Below are positions 1 to 8,954 of a DNA stretch of 49,285 nt, in pieces; the stretch's first letter is position 1, and every line of letters starts with the position of its first letter. The notes below the pieces were generated by a model that worked only from the letters and a program-made list of their open reading frames with translations, had not been told where the DNA came from and made no database searches. This stretch comes from a virus (lineage: Duplodnaviria; Heunggongvirae; Uroviricota; Caudoviricetes). The translations under genes were made by a program, and so were the position numbers. The stretch lies in the IMG/VR virus record IMGVR_UViG_3300022562_000659; one strand, written 5' to 3'.

Positions 1-1
1 A

Positions 2-52
2 ATTGCTTTAAGCACAATAGAACGATACGAATTTCAGCAACAAGAGGAATAA
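2..52 (+). CDS. 3' end of an upstream gene (partial)
   Basis: Open frame IALSTIERYEFQQQEE ending TAA at 50-52; its GAGGA could serve as RBS for the GTG at 57. Confidence 0.4.
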   Translation: MALSTIERYEFQQQEE

Positions 53-56
53 TTCC

Positions 57-968
57 GTGCGAGTAGGGTTTTTAAACAATCAGATTGATAATCGTGGTAC
101 TGGTAATGCAGTATTTAACTATGCCCACTATAATGAGGTGATTCTTGGAAACAAATCTAAGATTTTCTCCTTTCAAGGGCGGGATCATTCTGAAGAGGCT
201 ATTAATAAGTTTGTTACCAGATTTGGAGCTATTTATGTACCCTATACTCAAGAATTAACGGACGTTGATGTTCTTTATCATATCAAGAGCGGGGAGAATG
301 ATGGGGTATCCCTTGATAATCCCAATATTCGATATGTTGTTCATTCTGTATTCCACAATGATCCTCACGGGGATCGCTATGCTGCTATTAGTGAGTGGAT
401 GGGCAATCGCGATCATCATCCGTTTGTTCCACACATTGTGGAAGTAGGCAATACCAATCTAGATTTGCGTGAGGCCCTTGAAATACCGCCTACAGCGACC
501 GTTTTTGGTCGGCATGGGGGTTGGGACTCTTTTGATATTGATTGGGCCTGGAATTCGATTAATACGGTACTTAGTAAGCGGGACGATGTTTGGTTTATAT
601 TTCTGAACACTGCTCCGCATATACAGCATGAGCGTGTCAAGTATTTTCCTGCCACGCTTGATGATCGAGCAAAGCGTGCATTCTTGAATACTTGCGATGC
701 AATGCTGCATGCTCGTAGTAGGGGGGAGACATTTGGTATCGCTGTAGGCGAGTTTGCAATTCTAGGGAAGCCGATCTTCACTTATGACGGGTCCTACGAA
801 CGTGCCCACATCTACGAATTGAGGGGCACTGCTCGTACCTACAAGGATGAAAACGACCTTGCAGTGCAGTTATTGGCGTTTAATCATGGCGAAACCAATC
901 ATCCCTTCTATGATCATTTTACACCAAAGAATGTGATGGTGAAGTTCAAGGAGGTGTTCCTTGATTGA
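57..968 (+). CDS. GT-B (GT4-like) glycosyltransferase
   Basis: C-terminal DAMLHARSRGETFGIAVGEFAILGKP fits the GT4 E-x7-E nucleotide-sugar motif. Confidence 0.8.
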   Translation: MRVGFLNNQIDNRGTGNAVFNYAHYNEVILGNKSKIFSFQGRDHSEEAINKFVTRFGAIYVPYTQELTDVDVLYHIKSGENDGVSLDNPNIRYVVHSVFHNDPHGDRYAAISEWMGNRDHHPFVPHIVEVGNTNLDLREALEIPPTATVFGRHGGWDSFDIDWAWNSINTVLSKRDDVWFIFLNTAPHIQHERVKYFPATLDDRAKRAFLNTCDAMLHARSRGETFGIAVGEFAILGKPIFTYDGSYERAHIYELRGTARTYKDENDLAVQLLAFNHGETNHPFYDHFTPKNVMVKFKEVFLD

Positions 969-1596
969 ATCTAGAGTACGTAATATTCCAATATGGCTTC
1001 ATAATGATGAAGCCCTATCTAATGCTATTCGTAGATCCCAAGATTTTTGGGAGGGAGATATTTTAGATTATATCCGAGATAATTTTCCTGTACAGAAAGT
1101 TATCTTTGACGTGGGAGCAAATGTAGGTAACCATTCTCTCTATTTTGCTACATTCCTGGAATATACAAAAATCGTTGCGTTTGAACCATATATAGAGAGT
1201 TTCAAGTTACTTCAGATGAATTTGAACCGATTTGACAGTGGAAGGGTTCTTGTTTACCAGCAAGGAATATCAGATCAGCAGGAATGGACAAATCTTGTTA
1301 TCAATCATTCTAATTTGGGGGCTAATGAAATTCATCCAGATGCAGTAGGTGAACGTGTATACGTTAATACCCTGAATGAGTTTGGTACGTGGTTTCATCC
1401 CGTAACCCTGATCAAGATTGATGCTGAATGGTGGGAACCGCAGGTACTAGCAGGAGCTAATGAGATTATCCAAAGAGATCATCCACTAATCTTGATTGAA
1501 GATTCTCGTAAAGAATATGGAAAACTCCTTCCAGATTATGATCTCCACATGGGATGGGAGTGGCACAACACATACTTGTACAAGTGGAGGGAGTAA
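961..1596 (+). CDS. FkbM-family SAM-dependent methyltransferase
   Basis: IFDVGANVGNHS, AFEP and IKIDAE motifs; TTG start after AGGAGG. Confidence 0.9.
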   Translation: MIESRVRNIPIWLHNDEALSNAIRRSQDFWEGDILDYIRDNFPVQKVIFDVGANVGNHSLYFATFLEYTKIVAFEPYIESFKLLQMNLNRFDSGRVLVYQQGISDQQEWTNLVINHSNLGANEIHPDAVGERVYVNTLNEFGTWFHPVTLIKIDAEWWEPQVLAGANEIIQRDHPLILIEDSRKEYGKLLPDYDLHMGWEWHNTYLYKWRE

Positions 1597-2237
1597 TGAT
1601 TTACTTTATTGCAGCACTATATAACGAAGAAGTTGAACTGAAAGATGACTTCCTTATTCATGTTGCCTATATTGTTAATGGTTGGAGAATATGTGATGAT
1701 GGCAGTACTGATGCAACGGGAGATATTCTAGAGCAATTGAAGATGTATGGTCCTAGTGATTTTGATTACAAAATCATTGAACATACGGGATTACCAGAGA
1801 CAGTCAAGCATGAAGCCAAGGAAATGGTTCCGGATGGATCTTGGTGCCTGATGCTTGATGCTGATGAGCGTCTTACACCTGAAACAGTTATCGCAATAGG
1901 CGAATGGTTTGATTCAGGTGAGTATCAAAATTGGGATTATGTATATTTCAATCAAATAGAAATCATTGATGGTGCGCATGTTCGCTCTTTCCAGAAGGCT
2001 AAATTATTCAGAAAGGAAGCAGTATCTTTTCCCTTACATAATATTCATGCCGATGATCAGTTTACCGGACGTGGAACATATATGGACAAATGGATTGTAC
2101 TGCATAGAAAGAGTAGTACCAAACAGATCCAAAGGGAACAGGAATACTTAGACACCTACAAGAAATTACTGGATGAGGGTTCGATTGATCAGGGCAGATA
2201 CGAATGGCTGCGAAATTTGCATCATTTCGTGAGATAA
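1596..2237 (+). CDS. GT2-family glycosyltransferase
   Basis: YNEE, ICDDGSTD and LMLDADE motifs; start moved to ATG 1596 (TAATG overlap, GGAGG RBS). Confidence 0.85.
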   Translation: MIYFIAALYNEEVELKDDFLIHVAYIVNGWRICDDGSTDATGDILEQLKMYGPSDFDYKIIEHTGLPETVKHEAKEMVPDGSWCLMLDADERLTPETVIAIGEWFDSGEYQNWDYVYFNQIEIIDGAHVRSFQKAKLFRKEAVSFPLHNIHADDQFTGRGTYMDKWIVLHRKSSTKQIQREQEYLDTYKKLLDEGSIDQGRYEWLRNLHHFVR

Positions 2238-2267
2238 CGGGGTTGATGGTGGATAACGTGAAGGAGT

Positions 2268-2954
2268 ATGATAATGGCAGAGGTTCTGGACAGGGGCTTC
2301 GTTGAGTTGATAGATTTTATGGGAGGGGATCTGCGGACAGTAAATGCCGCTAAAGTCTCCTTTAACAAGGAGTCAACAACTGTAGATATATCTGAAACAA
2401 AACTTATCAATTATTTGATGAAGCATCGTCATGGAAGTCCGTTTGAACATTCATACTTCACATTCAGAGTAAAGGCTCCGCTCTTTGTTGTAAGGGAGTG
2501 GCAGCGACACAGGATCGGATCATTCAATGAAATGAGTGGCCGGTATGTAGAATTTGAACCTGAGTTTTATACTCCTTCTGCTTGGAGAGTGCCAACTGCA
2601 TCAAATAAGCAGGGTAGTCGCTTTGTGGATGCTGCGGAAGCCGATTATGAGTGGCACGTAGAAACTGCCAACTTATACGATATAGCGATATTGGATGCAT
2701 GGGATAAGTATCAAGAATTACTTGATAATAATGTAGCAAAAGAAATGGCTCGCATGGTTCTGCCACTCAGCCTATATACTGAATTCTACTGGACTGTGAA
2801 TGCTCGCAGTCTTATGAATTTTCTGAATTTACGGATAGGCAACGATGCACAGTGGGAAATCAGAGAGTATGCATTTGCTGTTCAGAAATTCTTTTTGGAT
2901 GCCATGCCTGTCACATACAGAGCGTGGCTGGAGAATGATCGACTTGCGCCCTAA
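2268..2954 (+). CDS. thyX: FAD-dependent thymidylate synthase
   Basis: HGSPFEH and RHRIGSFNEMSGRY (RHRxxSxxxxSxR) signature. Confidence 0.97.
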   Translation: MIMAEVLDRGFVELIDFMGGDLRTVNAAKVSFNKESTTVDISETKLINYLMKHRHGSPFEHSYFTFRVKAPLFVVREWQRHRIGSFNEMSGRYVEFEPEFYTPSAWRVPTASNKQGSRFVDAAEADYEWHVETANLYDIAILDAWDKYQELLDNNVAKEMARMVLPLSLYTEFYWTVNARSLMNFLNLRIGNDAQWEIREYAFAVQKFFLDAMPVTYRAWLENDRLAP

Positions 2955-2982
2955 TAAGGTGTAAGTGGTAGTTATATCTAAT

Positions 2983-3059
2983 AGCCCCGTACAGTCAATG
3001 GTTAGACGGCCACCCTTACAAGATGGAGGTTGAGGGTTCGAATCCCTCCGGGGCTACCA
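2983..3059 (+). tRNA. tRNA-Val(TAC)
   Basis: Cloverleaf, acceptor AGCCCCG/CGGGGCT, loop CTTACAA, GGTTCGAATCC, encoded CCA. Confidence 0.93.
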
Positions 3060-3075
3060 AAAAAGGAGTGATATA

Positions 3076-3270
3076 GTGAGAAGGCTCCTGAAACTGCCGC
3101 CCAAAAGGCTTTTCCTAGAAGGATTAAAAAAGAGGAAGCAATTCCGACTTATACTTAAGTACATTGACCAAGACCCTGTTCCAAAGGGCAAGCATAGGGC
3201 AATTGGAACCACAGTTGATCCCATTGACGAGTATTTGGACATATATGTAGATCCTAATTTGTATAAGTAG
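3076..3270 (+). CDS. small basic hypothetical protein
   Basis: GTG start after AGGAG RBS, fills the gap between two tRNAs. Confidence 0.6.
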   Translation: MRRLLKLPPKRLFLEGLKKRKQFRLILKYIDQDPVPKGKHRAIGTTVDPIDEYLDIYVDPNLYK

Positions 3271-3275
3271 AATTT

Positions 3276-3351
3276 GGCCCCGAAGCCAACCGGTTGGAGG
3301 CGGCTGTCTTATAAACAGCAGAGTATGGTTCGACTCCATACGGGGCTACCA
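3276..3351 (+). tRNA. tRNA-Ile(TAT)
   Basis: Acceptor GGCCCCG/CGGGGCT, anticodon arm GCTGT-CTTATAA-ACAGC, T-loop TTCGACT, CCA. Confidence 0.9.
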
Positions 3352-3368
3352 ATTCTCTAGGAGCAGTT

Positions 3369-3572
3369 ATGAATAAAGAGATTGTTCATGAATTGAACGA
3401 TATAGGAAGTTGTACCTGTGGAGTGTATGGCTGTAGACGCTGGCGGGATAATTTTCCCAAGCCGGGTAGCGAAAAGCGATGCCCCACATGTTGGATGCGC
3501 ATGACCCAACGAGAGCGATTTGATGGTTCTTGGGATTGGTGGTGTGCCCCCTGTTCATTTCAGCGAAACTAG
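3369..3572 (+). CDS. small Cys-rich (zinc-finger-like) protein
   Basis: CTCGVYGC, CPTC and CAPC motifs; AGGAG RBS. Confidence 0.65.
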   Translation: MNKEIVHELNDIGSCTCGVYGCRRWRDNFPKPGSEKRCPTCWMRMTQRERFDGSWDWWCAPCSFQRN

Positions 3573-3580
3573 CACACAGC

Positions 3581-3658
3581 GCGGGCGGTAACTCAATTTG
3601 GTAGAGTACCGGCTTTGTAACCCGGAAGTTGTGGGTTCAAGTCCCATCCCCCGCGCCA
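3581..3658 (+). tRNA. tRNA-Thr(TGT)
   Basis: Cloverleaf with loop TTTGTAA, GGTTCAAGTCC and CCA; C-C mismatches in acceptor and anticodon stems. Confidence 0.85.
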
Positions 3659-3675
3659 CTTAATTTGATAGGCAG

Positions 3676-3699
3676 AGAGTCCGCAAGGACTCTTTTTTT
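3676..3699 (+). terminator. rho-independent terminator
   Basis: AGAGTCC-GCAA-GGACTCT followed by a T run. Confidence 0.85.
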
Positions 3700-3709
3700 A
3701 TGCCCAAGG

Positions 3710-3725
3710 CAGTAATACAATACTG
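3710..3725 (+). promoter_or_regulatory. ATACAA-loop hairpin, copy 1
   Basis: CAGTA-ATACAA-TACTG upstream of the 3764 gene. Confidence 0.7.
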
Positions 3726-3763
3726 AAAGGAGTTAACTAAATCCATATAAAAGGAGGTAAAAA

Positions 3764-4354
3764 ATGCCTGCAACGTTCTCATGGCTCCAGTATACAGGAT
3801 CAAACGCGGCGTCAACTACGCCGGGTGGATCAGGAACAACTGGAACCTCATCATCTAACTCAATGTCTTGGGACTTTGAAACAGCAGATAACACAGGTAC
3901 TACTACATATACTGCTAACCCAGTAAGTGCGGGAAGTGCTTCCTACCCTGTATGGATCAAGGGACTATGGACTAACTCCGTTGCGTATACAATTTCAAAT
4001 TTGAAGTTCTGGCAGTTCAATCCAGCGGCTTCGTCTGCTAACACAGCGTCGTTCACAATCTTTGGACAGACACAGAACTCTTATTCGATTGCAACTGGTA
4101 CAGCGACAGGAACAGCTTATGCCTCTAACGTATCTGTTCCAACAAGTACTTCATCTACAGGATCACCGGGCGCACCAATTACTGGCCTTGGATCATACGC
4201 CACTTCTGGCGCTGGTTCGGGAGTAAACGGAACCGGAGCATCAGGAACAAACACACCGGGTGGATGGTTGTCACTACAGTTGTCTGCGGCTGCTGCTGCA
4301 CCGGCTGGTACAACAGGCTACTTCGGATTCACAATGCAGTACGACGAGCAGTAA
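3764..4354 (+). CDS. Ser/Thr/Gly-rich protein, probably virion-associated
   Basis: Strong AGGAGG RBS; very S/T/G/A-rich beta-type sequence; function inferred only. Confidence 0.55.
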   Translation: MPATFSWLQYTGSNAASTTPGGSGTTGTSSSNSMSWDFETADNTGTTTYTANPVSAGSASYPVWIKGLWTNSVAYTISNLKFWQFNPAASSANTASFTIFGQTQNSYSIATGTATGTAYASNVSVPTSTSSTGSPGAPITGLGSYATSGAGSGVNGTGASGTNTPGGWLSLQLSAAAAAPAGTTGYFGFTMQYDEQ

Positions 4355-4449
4355 TTGCTCAAAACTAGGTCTGCCAGTAACCAATGTCTTACGCCTAGAA
4401 ACCTGTGCAAAGAAGCAGATAGCATAGGTATTTAATTTTGAAACTAAGA

Positions 4450-4465
4450 CCGGGATACAACCCGG
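4450..4465 (+). promoter_or_regulatory. ATACAA-loop hairpin, copy 2
   Basis: CCGGG-ATACAA-CCCGG just upstream of the RBS of 4484. Confidence 0.7.
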
Positions 4466-4483
4466 CACAGTAAGGGAGACAGA

Positions 4484-6022
4484 ATGGGTAAAGTACAGGG
4501 TGTAAATGTTGTTGTCGGTATTCCTTCGTTTGGAATGGTATCGACTTATTTTCTACAAGCAAGAGCTGCACATTCATTTCCGCTAGTATCAAGTGCAATA
4601 GACAAGATCGTGCTAAACAAGCCTATCGCTGAGGCACGAAATGAAATCGTGGAATTTGCATTACAACAAGGGGCTAATTATATCTATTGGTTAGACGATG
4701 ATGTTATCGCGCCCCCGGATTCATTCCTTAAGTTATATAGACATAATAGGGATATTATCAATGGTGTATATTGGTCGAAATCGAATCCCCCCATGCCCCT
4801 ATTGTTCAGAGGGCACTTGCAGGGTCCTTATTGGGACTGGCACATTGGGGACCTCATCGAAATTGATGCTGCTGGTAATGGGCTTACGCTTGTCAAAACG
4901 GACGTGTACCGAAAGATGGAGAAAGAGCTTGGAGGCCCGTGGTATTCAACTGACTACGTATCCTTCGCAGGAGTTGACGGACCAAGCGCGCCCAATAACA
5001 CCGAAGACCTCTATTTCTACTGGAAAGCGAAGAAATTAGGCTACAAGATTTGGGCGGATACAAGTGTTCAAGCATATCACTACGAGAAAAATTCTCAAGT
5101 ATTGTATGGAATGCCATCCAACTCACCACAGGCACACCCTGCTTTTGAGGTGAAAGGTCCCGGCAATAAACTGATAGCAGATATTGGTTCTGGACCCGTT
5201 ACCCCGTATATGCGGGATGAAGGCGAGGTGGTATCCTTTGATATACGAGAGGATATGAAGCCTGATATTGTTTGTGACGTGCGCTATCTTCCAGTACCGG
5301 ATCAGACATTTGATATTGTCTTCTCATCCCACACTTTAGAACATTTTCCATGGACAAGTGTGGATAAGGTCTTAAAGGAATGGTCAAGAGTATTGAAGGT
5401 TGGAGGCGAATTACGTATCGCTGTTCCTAATCTTCGGTATACGGCTGAACGAATTATGAATGATACCCTGCTTCCTACCGACTTTTGGGTACTGTATGGA
5501 GAGCAGGATTATGCGAAGAATTTCCATGCTTCAGGATTTACTCCAAATCTGTTAAGAGCATTGGTGGAATCACTTGGCATATTTGATAATATTCAAACCA
5601 AAGAGGGAGATATTTCGGGACCGCCGGACCCTAACTCCTGGAATTTACTATTGAAGGCTACAAAGATAAGACACCCGAAGACAGAAAATATTACACCCGA
5701 GGATATTGATCCTTCTCCTGCTTCACAGACATGGTGGCCTGTTAAGTTATATGATAACTATAATGAACGGCCAATAACTGAGGAAGAGATTAGTAATGAT
5801 TTGGTGAAAGACAAGATCGATACTTCTGAGGAATTGGCAACTGATCGCAAGAGAGCGGTTGTTGAAGGTCGAAGTGCCTTTGATTTCGCAGTATTTAATA
5901 AGTCTGAAATCTTGGATAGTCCTAGGGATGAAAAGCCGCAATATGATAAAGATACAATAATGGATGAATTCAATACAATGAATCAGGAGGAAAAGGATAA
6001 TGGGTTGGAGAGCAATAACTAG
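4484..6022 (+). CDS. GT2 glycosyltransferase fused to a class I SAM methyltransferase
   Basis: N-terminal EARNEIV and YWLDDDV; C-terminal ADIGSGP, FDIVFSSHTLEHF and LKVGGELRIAVPN. Confidence 0.88.
   Translation: MGKVQGVNVVVGIPSFGMVSTYFLQARAAHSFPLVSSAIDKIVLNKPIAEARNEIVEFALQQGANYIYWLDDDVIAPPDSFLKLYRHNRDIINGVYWSKSNPPMPLLFRGHLQGPYWDWHIGDLIEIDAAGNGLTLVKTDVYRKMEKELGGPWYSTDYVSFAGVDGPSAPNNTEDLYFYWKAKKLGYKIWADTSVQAYHYEKNSQVLYGMPSNSPQAHPAFEVKGPGNKLIADIGSGPVTPYMRDEGEVVSFDIREDMKPDIVCDVRYLPVPDQTFDIVFSSHTLEHFPWTSVDKVLKEWSRVLKVGGELRIAVPNLRYTAERIMNDTLLPTDFWVLYGEQDYAKNFHASGFTPNLLRALVESLGIFDNIQTKEGDISGPPDPNSWNLLLKATKIRHPKTENITPEDIDPSPASQTWWPVKLYDNYNERPITEEEISNDLVKDKIDTSEELATDRKRAVVEGRSAFDFAVFNKSEILDSPRDEKPQYDKDTIMDEFNTMNQEEKDNGLESNN
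5968..5983 (+). promoter_or_regulatory. ATACAA-loop hairpin, copy 3
   Basis: ATTCA-ATACAA-TGAAT abutting the AGGAGG RBS of 6000; lies inside the upstream CDS. Confidence 0.7.
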
Positions 6023-6515
6023 AGATTATGAAGAACTGCGTGAAGAGACTCACGGCAGACCAGTACAAGATGGTGAAGAAGGAAAACTTCTTATTATTGC
6101 TCAAGAGGATTTTGGTAGAACTGTTGCAGTAGATTTAGTAAATGGTATGATCGCCATAGACTATGAGCGCCTGGGAATACAGAATAATTCTATTGAATTA
6201 GTTAATGATAAGTTTAGGTTTTTAATTTGTGAGGAAACAAATATTGCAGGGGAGTTTATGCATCTTTCCCAAGAGCTTGTAGACTTGCGCGATGAGAACG
6301 GGCGTAGGATATTAGGACCCGATGGAAAATATCAGAGGGTACGAAATGACGTATTGACCCCACTCGTATGGCGACCTATTTGGTTCACACGTTGGACAAA
6401 TGGGGTGCCCGTGAAAGTAATTGGAGCGCAGACCACGCTTCCTACTACACAGAATAGCAAGAATGTAAAGAAAATGATCATACTTTATCCGGATGGGCGA
6501 GTAGGGATAGATTGA
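6000..6515 (+). CDS. hypothetical protein
   Basis: 171-aa ORF with AGGAGG RBS, overlapping the end of the upstream gene. Confidence 0.75.
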   Translation: MGWRAITRDYEELREETHGRPVQDGEEGKLLIIAQEDFGRTVAVDLVNGMIAIDYERLGIQNNSIELVNDKFRFLICEETNIAGEFMHLSQELVDLRDENGRRILGPDGKYQRVRNDVLTPLVWRPIWFTRWTNGVPVKVIGAQTTLPTTQNSKNVKKMIILYPDGRVGID

Positions 6516-6522
6516 GGTAGAC

Positions 6523-8484
6523 ATGGAGAAATTCAAAGTAATTATACCACTGCTAACAGTTTTTCTTATGGTTGGCATTCTGTTCAGTGCTTCTGTTAGT
6601 GCCAGCCCACCACATAAACCGCATCCAACCAAAAAGCCTAGACCAACCCCAACACTAGTTGTAACTCCCGCACCTACCCCAACACCTACTCCGACACCGA
6701 TTATTACTCCTTCTCCTACGCCCGTTATTACTCCGTCACCTACTCCAGTAATAACTCCTAGTCCTACTCCGATTATTACTTCGAGTCCTACTCCAGTAGT
6801 AACACCACCACCGACTCCGGTTATCACACCAAGTCCAACTCCCGTGGTTGATCCAATGCCGAACACTGACTTGGATGGATGGAAACTTATATTCAATGAT
6901 GACTTCACAAGTGATCTTGCTCTAGGACAATGGCCGGGACCATATTCTGGACGCTGGTGGGCGTATCCTTCTAACTGGAGAGATACCAGTCAGAATGGGA
7001 CCTATTCTCCGGATATTATTTCGGTTGCTAATGGAATATTGGACGTTGGAATAAAATACGAGAACGGGTTATACAAGGTCGCAGCTCTTGTACCAAATGT
7101 TGTAGGTACAGACGATGACCAACTTTATGGAAGATACTCAGTACGATTCCGTGCTGATTCTATGGCTGGTTACAAGGGCGCATGGCTCTTGTGGCCGCAA
7201 TCTGAAACATGGCCGCGCGATGGGGAGATAGACTTCCCCGAAGGAGCATTCGATGGAACAATCTCAGGATATGTGCACCATCAGGGTGCTACCTCTTCAA
7301 GTGATCAGGACGCATTCCATACAGGAGCCACATGGCAATCATGGCATGTTGCAACAACTGAGTGGAGTCCGAACCTTGTCAGTTTCTATCTGGATGGAGT
7401 CCTAGTAGGTTCCACCACAACACGAATTCCGAATACTCCAATGCATTGGGTATTGCAGAATGAGACTAGGGTATCTGGTGGATTGCCGGATACTTCAGTA
7501 CAAGGACATGTACAAATAGATTGGGTTGCAGTATGGTCATTAATAGCGCCGACTCCAACCCCGACACCCGCACCGACTCCGACACCCGCTCCTACACCTA
7601 CCCCAGCACCCACAGCAACGCCCCCAAGTACGGGAGTGACAATTGTGGCCGTTGGAGATATTCATGGTGAAGGCTCAGATTCGGATTCGGTAGCAACTAA
7701 AAATCTTACAACGTCTATCAATCCTAATGCTATACTTGGATTAGGAGACTACCAGTACAATTATGGTACTTGCTCAAACTTTATGACCACTGGAAGATAC
7801 AACAGTGATTGGGGAACACTACAGAATAGACTATATGCTACTCTTGGTGCTACTCATGATTACAATGGAACCAGTGAAGCAGCAAGATATATGAGCGGTG
7901 ATTGTACGGGACAGACAAACGGAGATACCGCTGGTGCCTCTCTTCTAGGAGGAACGCAAGCGGCAGATGTTCCATACTCATTTGATATTGGTGGTTGGCA
8001 TATTATTCAACTTCCATCTTATTGTTTTAGAACAGGAGGTTCTTGTTCTATTGATTCGATCAATACTTGGTTGAAGGCCGATCTTGCTGCTCATCCGACA
8101 GCATGTACGATAGCCTACTCGCATGAACCGTATTGGACAAGCCCATCAAGTGGGCATAATAGAACGACAACCATTCGACCTTGGATACAAACACTCTATG
8201 ATAATGGAGTGGAAATGTACCTATCAGGACACCAACACAACTATGAGCGCTTTGCTCCACAGAATCTAAGCGATGCTGTTGATCCTATAGGAGTGCAGCA
8301 GTTTGTTGTTGGAACAGGAGGAATTGGTTTCTATAGCAGATCAAGTACTGCTGCCAACAGTTTAGCCTTTCAATCTTCTCATTATGGTGTGCTAAAGTTG
8401 ACTCTTCTAGCAGATAGGGCTGATTATGAGTATATATCAACTGATAATGGGTATAGTGATTCAGGAACAGTTGTTTGTCATTAG
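6523..8484 (+). CDS. secreted GH16 glycoside hydrolase plus metallophosphoesterase, with Pro/Thr linkers
   Basis: N-terminal signal peptide; WPRDGEIDFPEG (GH16 ExDxxE); GDIH, LGDYQY, SH and GHQHNYER phosphoesterase motifs. Confidence 0.85.
   Translation: MEKFKVIIPLLTVFLMVGILFSASVSASPPHKPHPTKKPRPTPTLVVTPAPTPTPTPTPIITPSPTPVITPSPTPVITPSPTPIITSSPTPVVTPPPTPVITPSPTPVVDPMPNTDLDGWKLIFNDDFTSDLALGQWPGPYSGRWWAYPSNWRDTSQNGTYSPDIISVANGILDVGIKYENGLYKVAALVPNVVGTDDDQLYGRYSVRFRADSMAGYKGAWLLWPQSETWPRDGEIDFPEGAFDGTISGYVHHQGATSSSDQDAFHTGATWQSWHVATTEWSPNLVSFYLDGVLVGSTTTRIPNTPMHWVLQNETRVSGGLPDTSVQGHVQIDWVAVWSLIAPTPTPTPAPTPTPAPTPTPAPTATPPSTGVTIVAVGDIHGEGSDSDSVATKNLTTSINPNAILGLGDYQYNYGTCSNFMTTGRYNSDWGTLQNRLYATLGATHDYNGTSEAARYMSGDCTGQTNGDTAGASLLGGTQAADVPYSFDIGGWHIIQLPSYCFRTGGSCSIDSINTWLKADLAAHPTACTIAYSHEPYWTSPSSGHNRTTTIRPWIQTLYDNGVEMYLSGHQHNYERFAPQNLSDAVDPIGVQQFVVGTGGIGFYSRSSTAANSLAFQSSHYGVLKLTLLADRADYEYISTDNGYSDSGTVVCH
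6640..6850 (+). repeat. Pro/Thr linker repeats ((V/I)ITPSPTP)
   Basis: Tandem 8-aa units in the translation; a second (PT)n/PA run lies near 7548-7625. Confidence 0.85.
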
Positions 8485-8493
8485 GAGGGCACA

Positions 8494-8802
8494 ATGAAAA
8501 AGACTTTAATATTAGGACTAATTTTAGCATTAATTTTTGCACTGCCTGTAGCAGCAAAAGGTGGAAAGAATGCTTTTCCCTATAATGTTACAGTAGAGCA
8601 AGACCTTGCACTAGTTTCTACCGATTCTTATGGGTGGCTGAAGATACAGACTCCATGTGTTATCGGGTGGGTTAACTTAGCACCGGGAGACAGTGCCGTT
8701 CCATTCTCTAGGAATACAGGATGCGAGGGCACATACTCATTCACAATAACTGATACAAGAGGAAAAGCGCTTGCTGCTCCATTTGTTTTTGTATTAAATT
8801 AA
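8494..8802 (+). CDS. small secreted protein
   Basis: MKK-hydrophobic-AxA signal peptide, two Cys, GGAGG RBS. Confidence 0.7.
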   Translation: MKKTLILGLILALIFALPVAAKGGKNAFPYNVTVEQDLALVSTDSYGWLKIQTPCVIGWVNLAPGDSAVPFSRNTGCEGTYSFTITDTRGKALAAPFVFVLN

Positions 8803-8810
8803 ACCTGATA

Positions 8811-8846
8811 TAACTAATACAATAGTTATCCTAAATCCAATTAGGG
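8811..8846 (+). promoter_or_regulatory. tandem ATACAA/ATCCAA-loop hairpins, copies 4 and 5
   Basis: TAACTA-ATACAA-TAGTTA followed by CCTAA-ATCCAA-TTAGG. Confidence 0.7.
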
Positions 8847-8867
8847 GGCGATTCGCTTGAATAGAAC

Positions 8868-8914
8868 AAAAGACCAGAGACTCATCAGAAATGGTGGCTC
8901 TCTGGTCTTTTTTT
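8868..8914 (+). terminator. rho-independent terminator, possibly bidirectional
   Basis: AAAAGACCAGAGA...TCTCTGGTCTTTTTTT. Confidence 0.85.
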
Positions 8915-8954
8915 GCTTTTCATCCCGAAATTACGGGGGTGAGAAGTTGACGAT

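Noticed and set aside
6312-6908. Minus-strand ORFs such as 6312-6908, 7386-7613, 12357-12683 and 14188-14679
   Set aside because: They are antisense shadows of Pro/Thr and AQA repeats in well-supported plus-strand genes.
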